Below, in pieces: positions 53,465 to 64,000 of a DNA stretch of 64,000 nt (its first letter is position 1; the number at the start of each line of letters is the position of its first letter). The DNA is from Octopus vulgaris (Eukaryota): positions 46,376,001-46,440,000 of the forward strand of contig OX597818.1 in assembly GCA_951406725.2 (NCBI GenBank), in the 5' to 3' direction. The translations under genes were made by a program, and so were the position numbers. The notes below the pieces were generated by a model that saw nothing but the letters and a program-made list of their open reading frames with translations, was not told the DNA's origin and ran no database searches.

Positions 53465-54214
53465 TAACTGAGAAAGAAAGCAATGAGTTAGAAGGAATAT
53501 AATTATTATTGTTGTGGTGGTTTTGGCAGAATCATCAAAATATTAGAATAAATGCTTTGTGGTATTTTCTCCTGAGTTCAAATCCTGCTGAAGTGAACTT
53601 TGCCTTGCATCCTTCGGGGAGGGGGGTGTCATAAAATAGAGTACCTACCCAAAATTTCCAGTTTTAAAACCATGTTAATAATAATAATAATTTGCTTTAT
53701 TAACCAGAGGGCATAGGATAAGGGGGCAGATCACAAGGACAGAATACATAAAGGGCAGGAAGGAAGAAATAGAGAAATTATTGAGATGCAATACCACAAT
53801 ACATCACTCCCACTGCATGACACCTTGGGCAAATGTCTTCATCTGTAGTCTTGGGCCGACCAAAGCCTTGTAAATGGATTTGATAGATGGAAAGTGAAAG
53901 AAGCCTGTCATATATAAGTATATATATATATATGTATGTATATATATATTTTTTATTTAGAGATAGTAGTCCCCTTCATCCCACCATATAAAAGAATTTT
54001 AATTTAATCTAATACTTACTACTCATTTCTCAGCTACTGAAAATAATTTGAACCCCTGTGATGCTGGAATTTTTATTCCCTAATAAATAAAATAAAATAT
54101 GTATGTATGTATATATACTAGCTGACATACCCGGTAATTCCCAGGAAAGTGGGGCTTATCCCTTGGTTCCATTCTCATAAGTGATTTGCTAATCCAGTGA
54201 TAACAATACAAAGT

Positions 54215-55540
54215 ATGTAGCCCTTTAGCTTTCCTCAGAATCAGTGTTAGTGGTATCAAGCATAGTACAATGTTCAGTGGGGACAGGCAGTCCCCTTGGA
54301 AGATGCCCCTCCTGATTTTTACTGTCCCTAAACTTCTTCCATATGCTGCCAGGTCCATCCTCCAATTCGCCATACTTTTTCCAAGCAATTGCTCAGCATT
54401 CGATGCAATACCAAATAGATTCTTACACTTCATAATCCAAGAAGGTGGGATCATATCATACACTTTACGATAGTCAATCCATGACACGGCTAAGTTACTT
54501 TTCCTCCTCTTGCAGTCTCTAAGTACAGTTTTGTCTATCAGGAGTTGATCCTTGGTACCTCTGCACTTACACTTGCAACCCTTCTGCTCATGTGGCAGGA
54601 CTCCATTTTTTTCCAGATGTTCATACATTGACTCCGCAAGTATTCCAGTCAATTACTTCCACATAAGTGGCAAACAGGATATCGGTTTGTAATTGTCTAC
54701 TGTATTGCCTTTCATGATGTTTTTCAGGCACAGCACTGTCCTACCCAATGTCAACCACTCTGGTGTTCCTTGGTCGGCATTTAACAAGGTGTTGAGTTGC
54801 GCAGCTATTCGTGCATGACTTTCACCAAATCTTTTGATCCAGTTGCCTTGAACTCCATCTGGTCCTGGGGCCTTCCAGTTGCTCAATTTTTTTGCTGATT
54901 TCCTTTAGTTCCTTAAGTGAAATGACTAGATCTGCCTGTTTTAGACAGACTACTGTTTGTTTCAGTTCTTGCAACTATTAAGCATCCTTCTTGTGCTCCT
55001 TGTCTTTGCTCCAGATGTCACTCCAAAACCTTTGACTTTCAATGTTATCTGGTATCAACTTTTCATCTGTACACTCTCCATTTATTTCTTTATAGAATCT
55101 CTTCTGATCTACTCTGAATAACCTATTCTGGTGGTAACCATTCATTCTTTGGTTGTATCTTACCATCTTTGCTTTCTTTGCAACAAGGCGCTGTTTCAGC
55201 TCCTCCACTACTACTTTCAGGCCCTTTCTTTCAATATTATACTTTCTTTTCAGCGCCCTGCATTTTTGTTTGCTTTTAAGCTCCCCTTTCTCTTTTCGAT
55301 CTGACAGAGATTTCCTTTGAGAGCATGTCTAACCCTACCTGGATTCTTCTTTTCCACCATGGATCTCTTCTTTTGTCACCCCCATTATGTTTCTTTTTCT
55401 TGACATCAGCACCCATGTTTTCTGCTACAACAATACTTGCTGCTTTGATCAAATTATTTGTTTCTGTGATGTTGTTTGTTCTGATGTATTTCAGAATTTC
55501 ATTGACATTTTTCAGAATTTCTTTGACATTATCATTGTTG
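54215..55540 (-). mobile_element. Degenerate R4/Dong-like LINE RT fragment; short related piece at 25670-25790
   Basis: [58 protein letters not shown]; in-frame stops. Confidence 0.88.
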
Positions 55541-56650
55541 TTGTTGTCATCATCAGTGGCGTTAAGTGATCTGGCAGAATTATCAAAAGCATTGAAAAAA
55601 TTGTTTTGTAGTATTTCTTGCAACCCATTTTATCTTCTAAGTTCAAATAGTGCCAAGATCAGGTCTATTTTTATTCCTCCAGGCTCCACAAAAGTATCAA
55701 AGTATCAATCAAGAGTAATTACTCTTCTTAAAACTGCTGGCCTTGTGCCCAAATCAATAATTGTTGTTAATTGTTGTCTGTTTTATTAAGGTGAAAGAAA
55801 CATTGGAGATGCTTTGTTCTATGCAGAAACTGCTGGAGCTACTCAGAGGTATTGTAACTTCTGCTGAATCCATCACGATGTTGGAAATCCTTCCTGTATT
55901 TTTTTTTTTTTTTAAATTTTATCTAGTTTCAGCTCACGAGCTGTGGCCATGCTGGGGCACCGCCATTGTCAATATTCCCTTTTGTCGATATTGTCAATAT
56001 TCCCTTTTGATATGCTTCATTTCTTGACCATATTCATCAGTGAAGATGAGAGCAAACTTTGAAACTGATAAGAAGATGAGAGAAAACTCTCAAATTTAAA
56101 AACAGGAAAAGAAGAAAAAGTAGGATGGGAATAAAGTAGCAGAAAATGGAATGGGAGAGCAATGGGTTGTCTGTAATGCAAAGGAAAGAAGAATTAATAA
56201 ATACAGGGGTCTGATGGGCTGCTATCAGTTTGTGTTGGTCACTGTTGTGACCTCAGCTGTTCTCAGACCCTGCACTACTGTTTTTGCCTGCAAAATTGGG
56301 ATAATAGCAGCCTGTCTGAGAATGAACCCTACAAGGTGAAGTGGCTGCTGTAGCAAGTGTCACTAGCCATTCTCTGCAGCAATACTATTGCAGTCATATC
56401 TGTGGGATGTAGCTGAACATGCCATTTATTCTGGGGTGTGTGACCCATTGCTCCCTCTCCCATCATCTTTTTTTCTTCTTTTTCTGTTTCTTGTTTCCTT
56501 GTAATTAAATTGTGATAAATAAAGTTCACCAATATTTTAAAATTAGACACAGTGTTTATTTAGCCAGAAATCTCTCAATATGTTATTGTTGGAATATATT
56601 TAAGCAAATTTTAATCAAAGTCTTTTGTATTTTAAAACTTTTCTTGCAAG

Positions 56651-56733
56651 ATTGCACCTGAGAATACTTTAGTTGCATTCCAAATAGCTGCAAACGAAAG
56701 CGTCTATGGATTTGAGTCAGATGTACAAATAAG
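56651..56733 (+). CDS. GDPD5: GDPD5-like coding exon 7
   Basis: gcaag|IAPENTLVAFQIAANESVYGFESDVQI ag|gtaaat; PENT and E-x-D motifs. Confidence 0.95.
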
Positions 56734-58706
56734 GTAAATTACATTGTATCTTTATACATTTTGAAATATAAATTCTCTAAGTTATTTCTCAGTTATGACC
56801 CATTCCTGATAACTAGAAATATTTGTGGTTAAATAAAATGCAGTAATAGCTATGTGGTCAAGAAGTTCACTTCTCAACCAGATGGTTGTGGGTTCAGTCC
56901 ATCTGTACAGCAATTTGGGCAAGTGTTAAGATGGCGAGACAGCAGAAACGTTAGCGTACCAGGTGAAATGCTTAGCGGTATTTTGTGTGTCTTTACATTC
57001 TGAGTTCAAATTCCAAGGTCGACTTGCCTTTCATCCTTTTGGGATTGATAAATTAAGTACAGTTGCATATTGGGGTCAATCTAATCAACTGCCCCTCTCT
57101 CCAATGTTGTCTGTTGCCAATTCCCAGTAAACAAATCATTTGGCAGCTATGCTTTCAAAGACAAGTGCAATGAAAACTCCCTTTAAAAACAGGTGAGAAT
57201 TAGTGACAGAAAATGATTCTCGTCACCATCCAGTTTCATTATTATCAATTTGAATTGGGAGCTTGCATCATAGTTGATTACAGAACCATGGATGTCATCC
57301 CTATGGACACATTACAGCTACTCTCTAGATAGGAGCTTGGTGATCCTATTTCAAGAGTTATTGCTCTTCCACTACCACCACATCCAAACCATCAACTGTC
57401 TACAAATGCATTGAAACATGCATATACAACCATTATCTATTTTTCTGTCTTTGGTTGCATTGTTTTTGTAAATGTATTTGTATACAAAGCATTGTAACTT
57501 TCAGTGGTGGCTCTGAACTCTATAGAAAATCTGTAGAGATAAGATTAAAAATGAGAACATCACACTGTTAAAACAAAAAGCAAGATATTATTGACTTGGG
57601 AACCTTTAATATACTTGGTAGTATATTATGGCTGCAAAACAAAATACAGTGACCTTGCTAGCAATTAATATTTACACACCATTTACCAGGAATGTGTTTA
57701 ATATGTAAATTGGTCTATCCAGTAGTGTTACACAGTGTCTTCTACTATAGCCTTGGGCCAAGCAAAGTCTTGTGAGTAGATTTGATAGACAGAAGCTGAA
57801 AGAAGCCTGTCGTATATATAAGTGTGTGTGTGTGTATGTTTGTGTGTCTGTGTTTGGCTCCGTAATATTGCTTGACAACCAATGTTGGTGTGTTTACATC
57901 CCCGTAACTTAAGGGTTCAGCAAAAGAGACTAATAGAATAAGTACTAGGCTTACAAAGAATAAGTCCTAAAGTTGGTACTCCAGCATGGCCGCAGTCAAA
58001 TGCCTGAAACAAATAAATGAAATAAAAGAAAAATATCCTAAACTTAGTGGGTATTTAAGCAGTTTATTTATGGATGATGAAAGGTCAATAACTCTTGAAA
58101 TATGCATCTACACTCATTACCTGTTTTTCTATCTTCAATCATATTGTTTACATACACATATTCATATACAAAACATAACTTTTAGTACTGGCTCTGAAGC
58201 TCTGAACTCTATAAATAATCTGTACAGATAAGCTTAAATGTGTGTGTGTGTGTGCGTGTGTGCATGCGTGCGTGCGTGTGTGCGTGCGCGCGTGCGTGTG
58301 TGTATATATATAAGTGAGTGACAAAGATGTACAGGTATCACCAGGTATCACTTCATTACCGCCATTTCAAGTAACTCCTTTAATTGATTAATGAAAACAT
58401 TACATCATTTGAAAGAAACCATTCCCGTCAGATAACCGCATAGATTTCAAACATAAAGGATACAAGCCTTTCACATCAATAATGGAACTAAAAATATTTA
58501 CATTGTTTCTTTTGACATATCTGTGGCAGAATATCAGGAGCAGATATCTTCACTTAGCTGGGTTGCATTGTATGCATATATGGCAGGAATATCAGGTACA
58601 AGCATCCCTGCATGGAGTCTTGATATTCAATATCCAATTAATATTGTGTGTGGATTATATATACTGTCATAGCAAGGTGCCTAAATTTAAGTACCTAATT
58701 CAATTG

Positions 58707-58752
<46 letters not shown>

Positions 58753-59351
58753 TAGAGGGAAAGGGACAATATATAATATATATATTCTGTTTTTAGAACA
58801 TCTTGAAGCACTACATAAAACTATAAATGCCAGTATGTAATTATTGGCTTAGAAGTTCATTTTACAACCATGATGACATGGTGGTGGAAGAACCAGACCT
58901 CCACCCATAAACAATCAAAATATCTATTATCCATAACTGTGTGTGTGTGTGTGTGTGGTTTAGTGAAGGCAGATGGCTTAGTGGTTAGGATATTTGGCTC
59001 ATGATTGTAAGGCTGTGAGATTGGTTTCCGGTGCCACATTGTGTCCTTGAGCAAGACACTCTGTTTCACATTGCTCCAGTCCACTCGGTTAGCAAAAATG
59101 GGTTGTACTTGTATTTCAAAGGGCCAGTTTTGCCTAATTCTGTGTTACTCTTAATCTCCCTGAGAGGTACATTAAGGGAACGTGTGTCTGTAGTGCTCAG
59201 CCACTTAGCATGTTAATTCTATGAGCTGGCTGCTCTGTTGATCAGATCAACTGGGGCCCTTGTAATATAGTATGTGTGTGGTTAGAAGTGATAGTAAGGA
59301 AGTTTGACCACAGATAATCATACATGTGTCATTTGAAATATTTTCTTACAG

Positions 59352-59502
59352 TTTAGATGGAATTCCGTTTATTTTACATGACAAAACATTACGACGGACA
59401 ACCAATATTGAAGAAGTATATCCCGACCGAGTGGATGATGATGCTTCTACATTTACATTTGATGAATTGCGGAAACTCAATGCTGGAAGCTGGTTTTTGA
59501 AG
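59352..59502 (+). CDS. GDPD5: GDPD5-like coding exon 8
   Basis: tacag|t [50 protein letters not shown]|gtaagt; second catalytic His (LHD). Confidence 0.96.
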
Positions 59503-59916
59503 GTAAGTTATCTAAGAGTATTTAAAGTTTCTTGTATGGACATTATTTTTGTAATAAGTTTTATTTAGTTCTAAAATTTTCTGAAAATATTCATAAATAT
59601 AGAAATACAAATTTCTTATGATTATCATCATCTTGGTTTAAACATCCCCTTTTCCATGCTTGCATGGATTAGGAAGAGTTTATTGAGGCAGATTTTTACA
59701 GCTGGATGCCTTTCCTGTCACCAATCCTGACCTGTTTCCTAGTCATTTGATGTTCTTAAAATCCTATTATATTTCTATAATTAGATATTATTAGGAATTG
59801 TATTAAAAAAATTGCTAAAATATTTTGTTTATTGTAGAAGTATAAGCATTTTTTTGCTCATAAATTTTAACAATAAAGTCTTACATTGACCCCAGTTGAG
59901 AGCACTACTGTATGTA

Positions 59917-59963
<47 letters not shown>

Positions 59964-60381
59964 ATGCATGTATGTATACACACACACACACACACCCTCA
60001 GTCACACACTTGTAAATGAATAAATAAACTGGTGCAGATTCTTCAAATCCAATCTGTTAGTGGCACAGTGAAGATTTGTAAGACATTCTCAGATTGGAAT
60101 GTAAGACATTTGAGATTCTTTAGGAGAACAGATGCACACAATTGGGTGGGTGCATCAACAGCTCAACTCAACCTCATATTTTCAAACACTGGAAACTCTT
60201 TTGACTAAAAAGTCTTGTTGCTTTGTTAGTAACGAGCTTGAGCTCTCTTAAGAAGAAAATGAATAAGGCTCAAAGAAAAATCATATACATACACACAGTG
60301 AACAATAAAAATGAAAATGCAAGAGGAACAAATTTTAACAAATGCAGTGTTAGCCTAATGCTTCAATGAAAAGAGAGAATG

Positions 60382-60417
60382 TCTTAATGTTTTGGACATT
60401 AGTCCTTCATCAGAAGA
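60382..60417 (-). ncRNA. Decayed minimal hammerhead ribozyme motif
   Basis: tctt CTGATGA A ggac-taat-gtcc AAAA CATT aaga; two G>A changes at former CpGs. Confidence 0.5.
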
Positions 60418-61895
60418 AAAGAAAGAGAAAAGCATATAGGGGAGTGAGAAAGAGACTCTGTGACTATTGTATATTTACTAGACACCTTACAACATCTACT
60501 TGTTGGTACTTTTTATTCGTTTAAACCAGTTATATGATTAAATATTTGCCTGTTACGTTTTCTTTAATCATGCTAAACTTACTGAAATTTATAAATAATA
60601 ATAGATATGGCTCACTTTTAGTTTTAATACCAACAATTTGTTATAACACAGTCAAAGCATGGTTAAAAAGCAACACTTTCCCAGATCAGCGGTTAATACT
60701 AGAGTTCAGAAAATGTGTGGGTGGTATCTTGTGTCTCTGTTATATTGAATTTTGTGACTGGAGTACTGAGCCAGCTGAGTGTGTTATTTAGCTTTACTTT
60801 AATCTTACTGCTAGATTTTTCCCCAGCATATTTGCTGTCTGTTCTAAATTTATTTCATATGTTCTGCATCATTTATGGTATGATAACTTTAACTCCTTAA
60901 CATTTAACTAGGCCAGATCCAGCCTCTCACATCTACCTTACAATGTCATTCCATAGATAAGTTATCATATTATTGAAATTTAAAAGTTGCAAAATAATGC
61001 ACAATTAATTCAAATCAATGTAAATAAGCATTATATTTGACAGAATAAGGTGGTGAGCTGACAGAATCATTAGCATACTGGAAAAAAAATGCTTAGCAGC
61101 ATTTCTTCTGGCTTTACATTCTGAGTTCAAATTATCATTTAGAATCTGAGTTTGTTTAGTAAAATGAGTCAACTGTGTCATTCATCCTTTTGGGGTTGAT
61201 GAAATACTCATCAGTTTAGCATTGGGGTTAATTTAATCTAGTCCTGCCCCCACAAGATTTCAGGCCTTGTACCTTTAGTAGGAAGGACTATATTTGACAG
61301 AGTAATCTGAATGCTAACAGGGTTAAGTATTATCCATTTATTTTATAAACAGAAACTATTTTTAAACCTGTGTGCATGCATGTGTGTGTGAGAGAGAGTG
61401 TGTGCGTGTGTGTTATGTGTGTGAGTATTTGTACATATATGTATGTGTGGGTAGTTGTTATTTCCACTTCTTTGCATGAGATTATCTAAACTGATTAATT
61501 ATAATAATAATAACAACATTAAAATGAATAATGATATGGTGTTGTGCTTACATTAAGTCTCATAACTTTGAATTTTGGAAGTAGTGAAATATAAAAATAA
61601 CACCTGTACTTGTAATATAATTAAAGGTTGGTGACAGGAAAGGCATTTGAATATAAAATACTGTCTAACCTAAGCCAGTTTAGAAAACCAAATATAAAAT
61701 AAACAACTAAACAAATGAATAACGCTTAAGCTTACTTCATGATATTCATTATATTCTCAATCTTAAATTTCTACCAGTTAATCTTTCCCAAAGCCAAGAA
61801 TTTTACTAAACAGATTCATATTTTATATGATAATTTTCTTTCTCAAGTTTTCTCTGCTGATCCTGTTTTCTTATATATATTTGTCTGCATATTAG

Positions 61896-62117
61896 GAAGA
61901 TCCAATGGGTGTAGTTGGATCTCTTACTGACAAAGCAAAGGAAATCTACAATAACCAAACCATTATGTCTTTGGAAGAATTGATTGACTTAGCACACTTG
62001 ACAGGAAAGAATGTTTTAATAGATATACGATCCCCAGTCAAGGAAAATCATTATTATTATACAATTGAGAAGCAAGTTATTGATGTGATATCGAAAACTG
62101 GAATTCCTCTTAAACAG
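61896..62117 (+). CDS. GDPD5: GDPD5-like coding exon 9 (gene continues beyond the window)
   Basis: attag|EDPMGVVGSLTDKAKEIYNNQTIMSLEELIDLA...VLIDIRSP...GIPLKQ|gtaaat. Confidence 0.93.
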
Positions 62118-63329
62118 GTAAATTTATTTATATTAGTTTTCTTATCACTTGCATCTGTATGAAATATGCTAGTTTTGACATGTCAATTAGTTTCTGTTAT
62201 TTATATGTTGATAGATGACATAGTTTCCTTCCTTGTAGGGAATGCTTTATGAACATTATTGATATCCTGGATAAAAGTTTGCACATAACATTCAAAGTTC
62301 TAGCAATATTAACATATATTTTCTAGTATACAAGTTGAATTTATCAAAACAAAAGTTACAGCCAAAAACGATAGTCAACTTATGCTGGACAGAAAGTTCT
62401 ATGTGAAATGCAGCAGGATTTGGAATGAAATGTTTACATTGTGTTTACACGATATACAACATTAACTTTTGTACTGGAAAATGATGGGCTCTCCTGCTGA
62501 AGATGATGTATGAGTGTTCAGCTTTTTTGCCAAACAACCTGCACAAATGGATTGTGTACACTGATCTAATGTATGTGTTGTACATTAGCTCACTCCCTCC
62601 ATCAAATTGATGTTGCCTGAACAGGTACATGATGTATTTCGTGTCAGATGATGAAGTGATCACAGTACAACGTGAGATGAAGTGTTTTGCTCAAGACAAC
62701 AATGCACAACATGGTCTAAGAATTGAAACCTCAATCTCACAATACTGAATGTAACACCCTAACCAGTAGTGTATGTGCTCTTAGGCTGGAAAATACAGTA
62801 GTTAATATTGCTAAAATTTATAACATGAATCTAGAGTGTTTTCCTTCAAATTATTAATCTCCATGTAAAATCTTTAGCAACTACTGTTAGTAATATATTC
62901 TCCCTAGCTTGTGATTTTGCTAATATAATAGTTTGTAGTAGAGAGGTGGTATTGTCTGTTGTCTAATGTTGTATTCATAATGTTTAATGATGTTTGGTTG
63001 GCAGTAATTTTTTAATATTAGCTCTGACACATTTGGAAACATCAAACCAAACTTTTCTACTAACACTTTTTAAACACAACTGCTTGTGTTACGATACGCT
63101 GTTTCTACTCTTCTATTATTGTCCCAAATCCTTTCTCTTTGACAAAGTATCCTTCCGTGAGGCAAGATTTGCATCTTGTGTTTCCTAACTTGTTTGTTTC
63201 CCAGCCTTCTATTCTATTCAAATCTTTTAAACACAATAACTACATGCAAACAAATTTTGAATAAAAAGTATTATATAAAATGTCTATAATTGGTTTGTCC
63301 AATATATAGTTAATATAATCCCAATTTAA

Positions 63330-63548
63330 GGTGGTGAGTTGGCAGAATCGTTTGCATGCCGGGCAAAATGCTTAGCAGCATTTCATCTGCTTTTACATTC
63401 TGAGTTCAAATTCTGCCAAGGTCGACTTTGCCGTTCATTCTTTCAAGATTGATAAAATAAGTACCAGTTGAGTGCTGAGGTTGATGTAATCGGCTTATGC
63501 ACTTCCCCTGAAATTGCTGGCCTTGTGCCAAAATTTGAAACTAATATA
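63330..63548 (+). repeat. Short SINE family (ggtgagctggcagaa..ctgagttcaaattc..); copies at ~28060, 32010, 42205, 53515, 55550, 56930, 61048
   Basis: B-box-like GAGTTCAAATT; the 61048 copy is flanked by TSD tatatttgacaga(a/g)taa inside a MITE. Confidence 0.8.
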
Positions 63549-64000
63549 ATCCCAACTAATTTTATGAACAACCTTTTGTCCTCTGTTCCACTTTTCATAG
63601 ATTTGGTGGTTTACCGGACACTCAAAATTAGAATATACCACCAGTTTTACACAAACCTGGAGATCTTATATACCACCTGAATATCTTGTAAAAATGAAGG
63701 TCTTTAATTTCAATGCTAGGTATGATACACTTAGTGAAGATGAAATCTTGTAAGTTTTAATGTTATTATTTCATAGCTTTGTCAATTTATATTTATTCTT
63801 TTTCTCTACACATATATATCCCATGCTTCATTACTCAGTTATTCTTGTTTTTTTCTTTTTTTTTCTTCTCAAATTTCATTTCCTTGTTCATACTCTTTGA
63901 ATTTACAATTTAAGTTAATTTACCCTGAACATTCAAACAAACATTAAAAATGCTGCTGCAGTTAATGTCTACATTGTATATACTTTGAATTCTTTACCAA

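Noticed and set aside
54117-54215. ACTAGC..CCCGG start resembling a Helitron/Helentron-type non-autonomous end
   Set aside because: Very short and no matching other end identified
62390-62663. Possible Tc1/mariner transposase remnant on the minus strand
   Set aside because: Too degenerate to support by eye

Overview
Eukaryotic, AT-rich DNA dense in repeats and microsatellites. The SINE/LINE repertoire suggests an octopod cephalopod (inference). The backbone is a + strand six-transmembrane glycerophosphodiester phosphodiesterase gene of the GDPD5/GDE2 family. I reconstructed nine coding exons by hand (4949-62117; 391 codons; all GT-AG and phase-consistent), and the gene continues past the window end. 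Its 23.8-kb first coding intron holds a same-strand, intronless TMUB-like ORF (ubiquitin-like domain plus 2 TM) with no start codon of its own, and a candidate alternative first coding exon at 21271-21369. The rest is layered mobile DNA: a degenerate OTU-carrying Helitron split by a 1040-bp LTR-like insert; RTE, L1/Tx1, R4/Dong and Penelope retroelement remnants; an ORF1-only 2.07-kb retroelement with a 12-bp TSD; pogo and mariner remnants; hAT and piggyBac-type MITEs; and several tRNA-SINE families. There are also three long intronic hairpins and several decayed minimal hammerhead ribozyme motifs. All homology calls come from recognising motifs by eye, not from database searches.
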